The translations under genes and the position numbers were made by a program. The notes under the pieces are model-generated. The model saw only the letters and a program-made list of their open reading frames with translations, ran no database searches and was not told the origin of the DNA. From Candidatus Saccharimonadales bacterium (lineage in GTDB: Bacteria; Patescibacteriota; Saccharimonadia; Saccharimonadales; JAXHNE01), in contig JBFIJL010000002.1 of the NCBI GenBank assembly GCA_041600755.1, positions 80,850-144,849 on the forward strand: 64,000 bases of DNA. Reading direction: 5' to 3'. Shown here piece after piece: positions 47,703 to 57,281 of the stretch. Each line of letters opens with the position of its first letter. Positions within the stretch are counted from its first letter, which is position 1.

Positions 47703-48374
47703 ATGGCAAAAGCAAAAAAAACCTCAGAAAAACTTAACTACTTGCATCCGCTCGCACAGGCAACGTATGCAATTGCCTTGTTTGCTATAGCGGTAATCTT
47801 GTCGCGCGGTACCGAAATCGCTATATGGGAAGAAAATCTATTCTTTGCAATCTATAATTGGCCTGAGTTTTTGAAACCTTTCTTTTTTGCAATAACTCAG
47901 CTTGGTAGCGTGTTTCTTCTCATCGTAATAGCCGGTATAGGGCTGTACATAAAGAAGCAGCACGCAACACTTCGACTTTTACTGACTGGATCATTGGCAT
48001 ACCTCATATCTGGAGTAGCCAAGGACTTGTGGGGAAGGACAAGACCAAACGAACTGTTCTTAGAGGTGGTAAACAAAGACTATGTCGTTCGCGGTCCAGG
48101 TTTTCCGTCAGGTCACACCGCAATGGCCGTCGCCATAGCAATAGTACTGGGGCATTATTTGCCGAACAAATACAGCTGGGTAGCTCCAGTTGTTATTATT
48201 GCTGTTGGGCTATCTCGTATATACCTCGGCATCCATGCGCCGCTTGATATTCTAGGAGGCTTTGCGATTGGGTGGTTTTCATATAGTTTATTTAGACTTG
48301 TACATATTTTGCCATTTTCACCTATACTATTAAAACCGAAAGGCACAACCAAGAAGCGATCTAAAGGCGTCTAA
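47703..48374 (+). CDS. PAP2-family membrane phosphatase
   Basis: The three PAP2 motifs: KDLWGRTRP, PSGHT and SRIYLGIHAPLD. Confidence 0.85.
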   Translation: MAKAKKTSEKLNYLHPLAQATYAIALFAIAVILSRGTEIAIWEENLFFAIYNWPEFLKPFFFAITQLGSVFLLIVIAGIGLYIKKQHATLRLLLTGSLAYLISGVAKDLWGRTRPNELFLEVVNKDYVVRGPGFPSGHTAMAVAIAIVLGHYLPNKYSWVAPVVIIAVGLSRIYLGIHAPLDILGGFAIGWFSYSLFRLVHILPFSPILLKPKGTTKKRSKGV

Positions 48375-48386
48375 ATAGGAGGCAAC

Positions 48387-49106
48387 ATGTCCAAGCAATT
48401 CATGATTTCTTCAAAGCATAGAATGGCAAAAAGGGTGCTCATTTTGCTACTCAGCGTTACTTTTATTTTTTGCGCACTTCATGTCAGCCTACAATTCCTA
48501 ACCTATGGAGAAAAGCAAAATCATTCTCTTACTTTATTTGAGATCTCTAACCGTTTTGACTTCGATGACGAGAACAGCATTCCCACTTGGTTCTCGCAAT
48601 TTTTACTCTTATTTTTAGCTGGTATTTCGGCAACAATAGCTTGGCTACAGAGCAAAAAAAGCCCTCGATTCTTCTGGGGAATCATTGCAACCATTTGCTT
48701 AATCGGCTCGATTGATGAAGTCGCAACACTCCATGAAACGGCATTACAATTTTTGCATATTGCCGAGTTTGCGGAGGCATCTTCAACGAGCACTCAGAAT
48801 GCGTGGCTAATAGCGATGCCGTTAATCTTGGGTATCACAATTGCAATTTTTATATGGGCGATACGAGTTGTGCCGCGAAGAACCATTTTGCTGTGCGCAT
48901 TAGCAACCGGAACATACCTATTCGGCGCGGTAGTTGTTGATATTCTAACTATCAGTGACGCCAATGCGACATTTTTCACCAGCGGAATATTGGTTGCCAT
49001 AGAAGAATCAATGGAGCTCATCGGCATGAGCATCGGTGCTTACGCCTTGCTTAATTATTTAGAGAATACCTACACTATGAAGTTGTCTGGCACAAAACAG
49101 GGCTGA
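48387..49106 (+). CDS. Hypothetical polytopic membrane protein
   Basis: 239 aa with 6-7 hydrophobic segments. Confidence 0.5.
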   Translation: MSKQFMISSKHRMAKRVLILLLSVTFIFCALHVSLQFLTYGEKQNHSLTLFEISNRFDFDDENSIPTWFSQFLLLFLAGISATIAWLQSKKSPRFFWGIIATICLIGSIDEVATLHETALQFLHIAEFAEASSTSTQNAWLIAMPLILGITIAIFIWAIRVVPRRTILLCALATGTYLFGAVVVDILTISDANATFFTSGILVAIEESMELIGMSIGAYALLNYLENTYTMKLSGTKQG

Positions 49107-49147
49107 TCTAGAGTCCGCCTGTAGATTACAAAAGTGTTTATGATACA

Positions 49148-49435
49148 GTGAAGCGTATGAATAAAAAGACAACTGACAAAAATCAACTTTGGTTTAAGGG
49201 GAAGACTTTCGGCTATGGCTGGACGCCAACAACGTGGCAAGGATGGCTAACAATTGTTGTTGGGGTTTTGCCGGCTCTCATCGGTGCGCTACTTATGGAT
49301 TCATCAGAGACTACCAGCGCACAAGCACTTCTGCTCTATTTTATAGCTGTAGCGATCGGTGTAGCTTTCATGATTATGGTCTCATACAAGAAGGGGCCGA
49401 AGCCAAAATGGAACTGGGGAAGAAAGTTAAAATAG
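49148..49435 (+). CDS. Hypothetical small membrane protein
   Basis: 95 aa with two TMs. Confidence 0.45.
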   Translation: MKRMNKKTTDKNQLWFKGKTFGYGWTPTTWQGWLTIVVGVLPALIGALLMDSSETTSAQALLLYFIAVAIGVAFMIMVSYKKGPKPKWNWGRKLK

Positions 49436-49620
49436 CCGCCTTAAAAGTAGCGTTTTATGCAATCTACGAAGCAAGCAAAAAATCTTATGTGGCTCAGCGA
49501 CATTCGTAAACAAAAGCGCCACAGTGGCCTCATCGGAATAGCTATCGGTGCAGGTATGATCTACGCCTGCTGGCATGTACTCCAATTATTCCGATAGTCG
49601 CTGCAACTTATACAATAAAT

Positions 49621-49989
49621 TTAGCTTTTAAGCGTTTCGCGAACTAATGCCATCATCTCACGTGGCGAAAATAAAGCTTTGGTTTTGTAGTTTGCGGCTC
49701 CAAGCTCAATTGCACGGTTTACTTTGTCTTGTATCATCATGTTGCTGAGTACTATAACCTTAACTCCAGGATGCTTGTTGATGACGTCGTACGCTTCTAG
49801 GAAGCCAATTCCATCAAGCTCCGGCATCAGCATGTCCAGAATAATTAGCTCTGGACTCTCTGCGTTTGCCACCTCTAGACCTTGCTTACCATCATTGGCG
49901 GTAACTACTTCGAAACCTTCTTTGATTAAGATCTTTTCGTAAACACCGCGAATAAATGGGTCGTCTTCAACCAATAATACTTTTGCCAT
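49621..49989 (-). CDS. Stand-alone response-regulator receiver protein
   Basis: VLLVEDD...LIILDMLMPELDG...VLSN...K. Overlaps the upstream kinase gene by 23 nt. Confidence 0.85.
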   Translation of the reverse strand: MAKVLLVEDDPFIRGVYEKILIKEGFEVVTANDGKQGLEVANAESPELIILDMLMPELDGIGFLEAYDVINKHPGVKVIVLSNMMIQDKVNRAIELGAANYKTKALFSPREMMALVRETLKS

Positions 49990-52900
49990 CTATGTCTCCT
50001 TTAGGTAGTGAAATAATAAATTCGCTGCCACTGCCTGGCTTCGACTTCACAGCTATTGTACCACCGATTATCTCAGTCATCTTCTTGGCTATATACAGTC
50101 CAAGCCCAGTACCACCAACTAGAGCAGAAAGAGGGTTTGAAATACGCGAGAAGCGCTTGAACAGCTTTGCCTGACCCTCTGCATCAATGCCAACTCCCGT
50201 ATCAACGACGTGAACATTTACATTCTTGGAGTCCTCGGTTACCTTAATGATAATTGGCTCAGTTTGCTCGCTGTATTTGTTTGCATTTGAAATCAAGTTA
50301 TTCACCACGAAGCTAAGCAACCTAGGGTCGGTTTGGATAACGATGTCATCATTCATCTGTAATTCTACGGTATGATTGCGGTTAATGAGGTCTGCCTTTT
50401 GGTCGGCCATGCACTGCTCCAAAAATGCCTTGAGCGGAACTGCCTCTGAATTAACAGCTAGACGGCTATTTTCGATTCTCGCCACGTTCAGAAAGTCTTG
50501 AACTATACGAATTTGTCTCTCATTGCTGTCGTAGGCTTCCTTGACGGCTTCTTTTATTTCATCCGCCTCTACGGCGTAACCTTCCATTACCATGCCTAGG
50601 TTCGCCTTAACAGCGGTTGCTGGCGTACTAAGCTGATGTGACACTAATCCAATGAAATCATCCTTGGCTTTATCCAGTTCTCGCTCTCGCGTAATGTCCT
50701 GGAATAGCTCTATCGAACCTATAGATTTTCCATTAAGCACAACTGGAGCAACAGATACTCTGACGGGCAACTCATCGCCACTTTTTGTCATGTAGTTAAA
50801 CGAATCACTAACAACTGTATTTTCTTTTGATGATTTTACTGCAGGTCGATCCGTATCATTAATAGCATTTCCATCAAAGCGAGTAGCTTTCAGGATGACA
50901 TTATAGCTAGCTCCTATTAATTCTTTTTCACTAAATCCAAGCAAAGCCTGTGTAGTCTTGTTTACACGGTTAATGACACCGCTGTTATCGAACGATATAA
51001 GCCCCTCGCCAATTGCTCCAAGCAAAGCTTCATCTTTGGCCTTTGCTTCACTGATAATCTTTGCCCGCTTATCAAGCTCTCTTTCCTCGCTTGCATCACG
51101 AAACACAATAATCACACCAACAATAACATCGTCAGTCAGTTTTATAGGTGAAGCAGAATCTGCGACGGGCAGGAGAGTGCCGTCTTTGCGCTGCAAAACA
51201 GTATGGTTTGACATCTTGGTCGAGATTCCACTAAGTGCATCATGGATAAACTTGTTGTTAATCTCCTTGCTGCTTTCATGAGTGAAGGATAGAACCTCAG
51301 TATAGGTCTTGCCGATTACTTCGGTGGCGCTGAATCCAGAAATTTCTTCTGCTGCCTGATTAAATAGAATAATCTTTTGTTCATTATCAATTGCGAATAC
51401 ACCGTCACCAATACTGGCCAAAATCGATTCAATGCGGTTTTTCTGCGTCTCTGCATTTACCTTCTCAAACTCGAGATCACGCGTCATTTTTTGCGCCAGA
51501 TTAACTGAAGCGGCTCGTTTTCTGGCATTCATAATATAGAGAAAGTTCATGAGCAACCAAATAATTCCTCCGACAACAAGTAAGAACATTGGACCGTATT
51601 CTTCGCCCTCATCGAGCCCAAAGTTTTTCTCAAAATCAACTGTCACATGTGTAAGCTGGTCTCCGGTATCAAGTGATCTTGATAAGGTCTCTGTGGTCTC
51701 GTTAGAAGTAATGTTATTGCTGTAGAGTTCTTGTCCATTGCTTAGCACGGCCACGTGCACACCCAGCTCATCGTCATCGTGAATTAATCCGTCTAGAAAT
51801 TCATCGTACGCGAATACTGCATTTATAAACCCATGAATGTTTTCCAAGCGCTGATCTTCAGTGTCTGATGGACCACGATATATAGGAAGAGTTACCACAA
51901 AACCTATACGAGGATCAGCACCAACCTGTAGATTATTTAGATCAAATGGTTCAGAAAAGGTTGGTTGACCTGACAGACGAGCTGCGAGTAAATTCTCGCG
52001 GCGTTGCTCTGATCTAGAAAGATCAATCCCATAAGATGTATTTTCATCTGGAAGTGGCTCTATGAACATGACAGGCAAGTAATACTCTTGATCGGGTTCG
52101 GCAAATGCAAATTCGATACCACGATCTGAGTAAAACGAATCATTAGAAAATTCGTCAAGCACATCTTGCCGACCTTCGGGTGTCACATATCTAATCATTG
52201 AAATTGCATAAAATCCTGGGTAGCGCTGGCTTATTTGTGAGGTCTTAAAATATGCATCAAACTCATCACCCGATACGGAATCGGAGGCGTCGAACAATGC
52301 AACCAAGCCATAACCCTGGTCTACATAGGTCGCTAAGCGATTGTCGATTCGGGCCTTCAGACTATCTATATAGCTACTCCTGCTTATTTGACGCTGCTCT
52401 GCCAATGAGTCGTATGAAAGCTTCACGGTCCAAACCACGCCAGACAAAAGAACCATGCTTATTACGAATGCAATGAAGTGCATAAATCTGAACCGGCGCA
52501 GAGTGGACCTTGAACTGTTCAGCCAGACCCTAGCTTGGCGTGCTGATCCAAATAATCTAGTATTTGGTGACTTTTTGGCCTTCACAATATACGAAAGAAC
52601 ACGAGAAAGCTCATCGTTAGCACCAAAAATAGCCATCTTGCAATCACTGTGCTTGCCCAAGAATGATGCAGCTGCAATTCTTACTTCACTCGAGCTCACT
52701 TCGACGCCCCGCATGTCGACACGCACCAATAATTGCTTACCATCGACGCTATGCTTTTTGGCATCTTCGATTATTTTAGTAGCTTGTTCAAAGTCGTTGT
52801 CATCTAGAGTGGCTGAAAAATTTATTTCAACTATTTTATTTCGAGCGTGTGTGTGTTTCAAAGTCGTTACCTTACTTATGCTTATACACAAGTATAGCAC
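49967..52900 (-). CDS. Large sensor histidine kinase: N-terminal STAS-like domain, TM, CHASE-like domain, TM, two PAS domains, HisKA, HATPase_c
   Basis: PAS cores are IGDGVFAIDNEQKIILFNQAAEEISGF and IGEGLISFDNSGVINRVNKTTQALLGF. HisKA is LVSHQLSTP. Also NLISNANKYS, DTGVGI and GTGLGL. The start codon is uncertain. Confidence 0.85.
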   Translation of the reverse strand: MLYLCISISKVTTLKHTHARNKIVEINFSATLDDNDFEQATKIIEDAKKHSVDGKQLLVRVDMRGVEVSSSEVRIAAASFLGKHSDCKMAIFGANDELSRVLSYIVKAKKSPNTRLFGSARQARVWLNSSRSTLRRFRFMHFIAFVISMVLLSGVVWTVKLSYDSLAEQRQISRSSYIDSLKARIDNRLATYVDQGYGLVALFDASDSVSGDEFDAYFKTSQISQRYPGFYAISMIRYVTPEGRQDVLDEFSNDSFYSDRGIEFAFAEPDQEYYLPVMFIEPLPDENTSYGIDLSRSEQRRENLLAARLSGQPTFSEPFDLNNLQVGADPRIGFVVTLPIYRGPSDTEDQRLENIHGFINAVFAYDEFLDGLIHDDDELGVHVAVLSNGQELYSNNITSNETTETLSRSLDTGDQLTHVTVDFEKNFGLDEGEEYGPMFLLVVGGIIWLLMNFLYIMNARKRAASVNLAQKMTRDLEFEKVNAETQKNRIESILASIGDGVFAIDNEQKIILFNQAAEEISGFSATEVIGKTYTEVLSFTHESSKEINNKFIHDALSGISTKMSNHTVLQRKDGTLLPVADSASPIKLTDDVIVGVIIVFRDASEERELDKRAKIISEAKAKDEALLGAIGEGLISFDNSGVINRVNKTTQALLGFSEKELIGASYNVILKATRFDGNAINDTDRPAVKSSKENTVVSDSFNYMTKSGDELPVRVSVAPVVLNGKSIGSIELFQDITRERELDKAKDDFIGLVSHQLSTPATAVKANLGMVMEGYAVEADEIKEAVKEAYDSNERQIRIVQDFLNVARIENSRLAVNSEAVPLKAFLEQCMADQKADLINRNHTVELQMNDDIVIQTDPRLLSFVVNNLISNANKYSEQTEPIIIKVTEDSKNVNVHVVDTGVGIDAEGQAKLFKRFSRISNPLSALVGGTGLGLYIAKKMTEIIGGTIAVKSKPGSGSEFIISLPKGDIDGKSIIG

Positions 52901-52935
52901 TGTTAGATACTAGAGCCGATTTATCGTACAACTTA

Positions 52936-53787
52936 CTAATATATATAGCGGAAGTTGCTTGCACTTACGGTGCGACTACTGATGACCCCGAAGCCCTTGA
53001 AATTCATCTCGCTAACAGTAATAGTGCCATTCGCGTGAACTGCCTCAACGTAGGCAACGTGCATGTATCCAGTAGTTGCAGCTGCAACAGCACCGACACG
53101 TGGCGTGCTACCAACGCCAAAACCTTGAGAAGCTGCTCGTGCATACCATGTATCGGCATTTCCAAGATTATTTGGCAGGTCAGGTCGGCGATTCTTTACA
53201 TACCAGGTGCAATAGCCTCGAGAGTATAGGTTGCCAGAAACCGGCAGGGTTGAACTGGCGGTTGCCGACTGGCTTTGGCTCGCAGAAGTTGATTGGGTGC
53301 TTGTACTTGTTGCAGATTGCAAGACAGGCTCAGGCGCGACAATCACTCGCTCCTCTAACTCTTCTTCGTTGTCAGGAATAACCAATTCCTGGTCAATCTC
53401 TAGCAGATCAGGCTGCGATAAGTTTGCATTCTTGTAATAGATCCGTTTCCAATCTATTCCATACTGATTCGCAATTTTAATCAGAGACTCACCAGCAGAA
53501 ACTTTATGAGTTACTACTGGGGGTTTTTCAGGCTCTAACGGCTCAGTAAATTCTTCTCTTTGCTGCGCTTGCGCGAGCGTTATTTCATCCAATAATGTCG
53601 GCGACTCGCCTAAAGCAAGTGTAACCGGCGACAGTGCATCTGCCTTAACAGTGTGCAACGCCATAATTAGCGCACACGAAGCAACGGCCGCTACAATAGC
53701 GGTCATACGCATAAAAACCCTCCTAGTTGTCGATTTCGATTTAAGTGTGTGAGCACCCACACCTGACTGTTTGCTCACGTTTCGCAT
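52936..53787 (-). CDS. Secreted LysM plus CHAP-domain peptidoglycan hydrolase
   Basis: LysM is HKVSAGESLIKIANQYGIDWKRIYYKN. CHAP is GYCTWYV...GYMHVAYVEAV. Start at Met 53787 after GAGGTGGAG. Confidence 0.8.
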   Translation of the reverse strand: MRNVSKQSGVGAHTLKSKSTTRRVFMRMTAIVAAVASCALIMALHTVKADALSPVTLALGESPTLLDEITLAQAQQREEFTEPLEPEKPPVVTHKVSAGESLIKIANQYGIDWKRIYYKNANLSQPDLLEIDQELVIPDNEEELEERVIVAPEPVLQSATSTSTQSTSASQSQSATASSTLPVSGNLYSRGYCTWYVKNRRPDLPNNLGNADTWYARAASQGFGVGSTPRVGAVAAATTGYMHVAYVEAVHANGTITVSEMNFKGFGVISSRTVSASNFRYIY

Positions 53788-53901
53788 CGTCTCCACCTCA
53801 CATGGATAGACACAAGGGGTAATTCTACGCACATCGACATCATTGTCAAGCATTTTATCCACAAGCATAATAAAAACAGGGGTAGATTTTGGTGTAATTT
53901 T

Positions 53902-54570
53902 GTGTATGATTCACGGCACTGTACTATACTATTCATATATATGAAGCTTGCAAGACTTATAAAAAAACGCATTTCGCGTGACATAAAACTGACAATAAAC
54001 TCATTCATTCAGTTTTATAAGTACTGCCAAAAAAACTGGTTTGCCTATGTTTTTGTTTCTCAAAGTTGGACAAACGTCATGTACGGAATTGGCGGAGGGT
54101 TGTTTGCGGTGGCCGTCGGTATCTGGCTTGCAAATATCGGAATCATTCAGCAGGTATTAGAAAGTAACGCCTTGGACAGCGGCGCCAAAGCATTATTTCT
54201 ATTTGATGTAATGGGTACGATGACCAAAAACATATCAGTTCTTCAGGCGTCATTCGTCATGTGCGGACTAATACTCGTCGGACTTTCCGGAATGTTTTGG
54301 TTTGCTGCGCTCAAGCATCAACACGACAACCCTCACGCCACTGAAAAGCTGGCTGGTGCGTTGTTTGGCCACATTTTTTCACTCTCGGTATACATCGTTG
54401 CTGTCAGTCTCATAACTCCATCGCTGACACGTGACGGCATTAACGTCTTCATATCCGCACACTATAGCGGCACAATACTGTTAATATTTGCTGTGCTGTT
54501 GCAATCTCTTGTTCTTAAGTCCTTTTTTAGAAGCTTTCGTACAATCTCAGAACACAAGATATCTTACTGA
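53902..54570 (+). CDS. Hypothetical membrane protein
   Basis: Hydrophobic ORF. The start is probably internal. Confidence 0.4.
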   Translation: MYDSRHCTILFIYMKLARLIKKRISRDIKLTINSFIQFYKYCQKNWFAYVFVSQSWTNVMYGIGGGLFAVAVGIWLANIGIIQQVLESNALDSGAKALFLFDVMGTMTKNISVLQASFVMCGLILVGLSGMFWFAALKHQHDNPHATEKLAGALFGHIFSLSVYIVAVSLITPSLTRDGINVFISAHYSGTILLIFAVLLQSLVLKSFFRSFRTISEHKISY

Positions 54571-55799
54571 TATCGCAAAGAGTCGATTGGATCTTTTCTG
54601 GATGCAACAACTGCAGGCGCACTTCCAAAAAGTACTCCGACGGCAAATGAAACACCAACGGCAACTAGAACCGAAGCAAGGCTGACTACTGGCTCAAGGT
54701 TGGTCATAATTCTAAGCACGAAGTTAACACCAAGCGACATGAGAACACCAAGCACACCACCAACAAAACTCAACACTGCTGCCTCTGTCAAAAACTGATA
54801 CAAAATTTGTCTATTTGTTGCGCCGACTGCTTTGCGTACACCAATTTCTCGTGTTCGCTCCGTGACAGAAACCAACATAATATTCATAATACCTATACCA
54901 CCCACAACCAAAGAAATTGAGGCTACGCCTGCAATCATCGTCGTCAAAAGCGCTAGGGTTCCATCAGTGAGCTCTAAGGCGTCAGACTGCTTCAATACCG
55001 CATAATCAGTTGCATCGCCACGAGCAGCTGCTAGTGCATTGTGCAGGGCAGTGATAAGTATAGAAGTGTTCTGCGATTCACTTGGTCGAGCCAATACCTG
55101 ATAAATTGCCATTGAGCCACCCATCAACTCTTGACCTACCCGATAAGGAATAAAAATTGCGTTGTCATAGTTATCTACAGCAAGAAGTGGTGAGTTCGCA
55201 TCAAACTCCTCAAACACGCCTCGGACAATAAATTTTGTACCGCGTACAGTCAATTCGCGTCCAAGGGGCACGTTCTCGCCAAACAACTCCTCGGCTACTC
55301 GCTGACCAATGACTGCACTGTTGACTGAACCTTCTGCCTTGTCGGTGAAGAAGGTGCCGAAAGCCAATTTCTGATTTAGTACATTTGGCAGGTCCTCGCT
55401 GGTAGCTATCACTTGAGTTGCTGCAAAACTTTCACTGCCTGCTGCAACTTCACCGGTCACCGTTCCAAATGGAGCCAATCTAGAGACACCTGGCGTTGCG
55501 CGCAAAGCTTGTAAATCTGATTCACCAAAAGCCGACGACACTCTTGGGGCGGTCGGGTTAAGTCTTGCAAAGTACCCAGATGCACTATCGGCATCCGTCT
55601 TGCCCGGCAGGATCGTAATCAGATCTTCGCCGCGTCGTTCAATTTGATTTACAATTTGCTGCTTCACGCCTTCGCCAATTGACACAGTGGTTACTACCGA
55701 CACAATACCAACGATAATCCCCAGCATAGTGAGGACGCTACGCCAGCGTGATGAACGCATCGAGGATCTTGCTAATTTAATATATCCGCCTAGTAACAT
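54564..55799 (-). CDS. ABC transporter permease, MacB/FtsX type
   Basis: One TM, a large extracytoplasmic domain and three C-terminal TMs, with ERTREIGVRKAVGA. Confidence 0.85.
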   Translation of the reverse strand: MLLGGYIKLARSSMRSSRWRSVLTMLGIIVGIVSVVTTVSIGEGVKQQIVNQIERRGEDLITILPGKTDADSASGYFARLNPTAPRVSSAFGESDLQALRATPGVSRLAPFGTVTGEVAAGSESFAATQVIATSEDLPNVLNQKLAFGTFFTDKAEGSVNSAVIGQRVAEELFGENVPLGRELTVRGTKFIVRGVFEEFDANSPLLAVDNYDNAIFIPYRVGQELMGGSMAIYQVLARPSESQNTSILITALHNALAAARGDATDYAVLKQSDALELTDGTLALLTTMIAGVASISLVVGGIGIMNIMLVSVTERTREIGVRKAVGATNRQILYQFLTEAAVLSFVGGVLGVLMSLGVNFVLRIMTNLEPVVSLASVLVAVGVSFAVGVLFGSAPAVVASRKDPIDSLRYQ

Positions 55800-56671
55800 T
55801 ATGATTCATCCTTTTTGGACTTAGTAGAGTAAGAGCGCTTCTTCTTTGACTTTTTCTTTGTAGACTTCTTTTTAACGGTGCGTTTTTGCGGAATAGCCTC
55901 CATAAGCGCAGATATACCAGCCAGGTGATCGTCTTGAGTAATTTTTGGAAGGTGATAAAACTTCTGAGCCAGTTCTGGAACATCACCAACTTTCGTGCGC
56001 TCGTCAGCAATAATCTCGCCGTCGTGCATGAACAGCACCCGGTTGGCATAGCGCGTTAGTTCAGGATTGTGTGTCACCATCAATACGGTGTGCCCAGTCT
56101 TGTGCAAGTCACTTAATAGCTCCATGACTACTCGACTTGCTCCACTGTCTAAATTGCCGGTTGGCTCGTCGGCAATAATCACGTCAGGGTTGCAAATTAA
56201 TGCTCTTGCGATCGCTACTCGTTGTGCCTGGCCGCCACTTAATTGTTTTGGCATAAAATACTCACGGTCCCCCAAGCCAACCTGTTCAAGCATCGCTGCA
56301 GCGCGCTTTAAGCGTCGAGATTGCAGCATGCCTTTATACGACAAGGGCAGGGCAACATTTTCCAACACATTCAAGCGGGGAAGAAGATTAAAGCTCTGGA
56401 AAATAAAGCCAATTCCATCTCTTCGTATCTTGGCTCTGCGATTCGGTCGCAATTTGGAAACATTCCGACCATTGAGTTGATACGAGCCGTGAGTTGGTCG
56501 ATCGAGCAACCCAATAATGTTCATGAGCGTTGATTTGCCAGAGCCGCTCGGGCCCATGACTGCAATGAATTCGCCTTTTTCTATCGACAGCGACACACTA
56601 TCGACGGCAACTGTTGTTGCGTCGCCGAAGCCATACAATTTACTTACATCTTTGAGTTGAACGAGTGACAT
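55799..56671 (-). CDS. ABC transporter ATP-binding protein (MacB/LolD-like) with a Lys-rich tail
   Basis: GPSGSGKST, LSGGQAQRVAIARAL, IIADEPTGNLD, and the tail KRTVKKKSTKKKSKKKRS. Confidence 0.9.
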   Translation of the reverse strand: MSLVQLKDVSKLYGFGDATTVAVDSVSLSIEKGEFIAVMGPSGSGKSTLMNIIGLLDRPTHGSYQLNGRNVSKLRPNRRAKIRRDGIGFIFQSFNLLPRLNVLENVALPLSYKGMLQSRRLKRAAAMLEQVGLGDREYFMPKQLSGGQAQRVAIARALICNPDVIIADEPTGNLDSGASRVVMELLSDLHKTGHTVLMVTHNPELTRYANRVLFMHDGEIIADERTKVGDVPELAQKFYHLPKITQDDHLAGISALMEAIPQKRTVKKKSTKKKSKKKRSYSTKSKKDES

Positions 56672-56746
56672 TTACTTTAGTGTACCGCAAGATAAACAGT
56701 GGTGCCAAGAAAATTCTTACATTTTCCAAAAATTACCATAGGTGTG

Positions 56747-56752
56747 TATAAT
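56747..56752 (+). promoter_or_regulatory. Candidate extended -10 box (TGTGTATAAT) upstream of the tRNA-Ser locus
   Basis: TATAAT preceded by TGTG, 11 nt before the first GGAGAGG. Confidence 0.35.
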
Positions 56753-56763
56753 GATACGAACCA

Positions 56764-56790
56764 GGAGAGGTGTCCGAGTGGTTGAAGGTG
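56764..56790. repeat. 27-nt duplicate of the tRNA-Ser 5' end (fragment, not a complete tRNA)
   Basis: GGAGAGGTGTCCGAGTGGTTGAAGG is identical to 56938-56962. The sequence then diverges, with no matching 3' acceptor before the real gene. Confidence 0.8.
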
Positions 56791-56937
56791 ATGGCTGTCT
56801 GTGACAGTCAGCAAGGGAGCCAACTCTTGCAAACTTGTTGGCAAAGATGTTGCGACGGGGTCGCGGAACGTGACCACGCCTGGACCAAGCGTGCTTGATG
56901 TAGAAACTCATGGTAAATCGTTTACAATAAACATAGT

Positions 56938-57029
56938 GGAGAGGTGTCCGAGTGGTTGAAGGAGCACGCTTGGAAAGCGTGTAAGCGGGGCGACTCGTTT
57001 CGGGGGTTCGAATCCCCCTCTCTCCGCCA
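56938..57029 (+). tRNA. tRNA-Ser (anticodon GGA), class II with a long variable arm, CCA encoded
   Basis: Acceptor GGAGAGG/TCTCTCC, anticodon arm CACGC-TTGGAAA-GCGTG, long variable arm, T arm GGGGG-TTCGAAT-CCCCC. Confidence 0.9.
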
Positions 57030-57071
57030 TGAAAAGACGACAGACATTGGGCTGTCGTTTTTTTATTGGCA
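57009..57071. repeat. 63-bp direct repeat, copy 1 (tRNA-Ser 3' end plus terminator)
   Basis: cgaatccccctctctccgccatgaaaagacgacagacattgggctgtcgtttttttattggca is identical to 57182-57244. Confidence 0.9.
57032..57066 (+). terminator. Rho-independent terminator after tRNA-Ser
   Basis: GACGACAG-acattggg-CTGTCGT followed by T7. Confidence 0.6.
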
Positions 57072-57181
57072 CAGGAGGATTCGAACGGGTTTGCAAGTCT
57101 GCAGACCCCGCACCTTGCCCCAGAACGACCAAAGGGAGTTGGGGTCGCAGTAATCAAAAGTAATTTGCTTTTGATGCGAGG

Positions 57182-57244
57182 CGAATCCCCCTCTCTCCGC
57201 CATGAAAAGACGACAGACATTGGGCTGTCGTTTTTTTATTGGCA
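57182..57244. repeat. 63-bp direct repeat, copy 2
   Basis: See 57009-57071. The two copies bracket a 110-bp insert. Confidence 0.9.
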
Positions 57245-57281
57245 ATTTAAGAAGTCCGTTTGGGGGACTTAAAAACCAATG

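Noticed and set aside
56764-56937. A second tRNA-Ser, or an intron-containing tRNA, starting at the 5' duplicate
   Set aside because: After 25-27 nt the sequence diverges. There is no matching 3' acceptor (CCTCTCC/TCTCTCC) before the complete gene at 56938. I cannot exclude another structured RNA without a covariance search.
57068-57160. Possible minus-strand tRNA, because the plus strand reads TGGCACAGGAGGATTCGAAC (reverse complement GTTCGAATCCTCCTGTGCCA)
   Set aside because: I could not fold a cloverleaf. There is no complementary T-stem 5' half (ACCCG versus CCTCC), no plausible anticodon arm, and the acceptor would start with T. I treat it as a decayed fragment only.
56677-57272. Six overlapping 60-167-aa ORFs on both strands
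   Set aside because: They are translations of tRNA-Ser, its duplicates and terminators. Peptides such as GGFEPP and ERGIRTP are typical of tRNA DNA read as protein.
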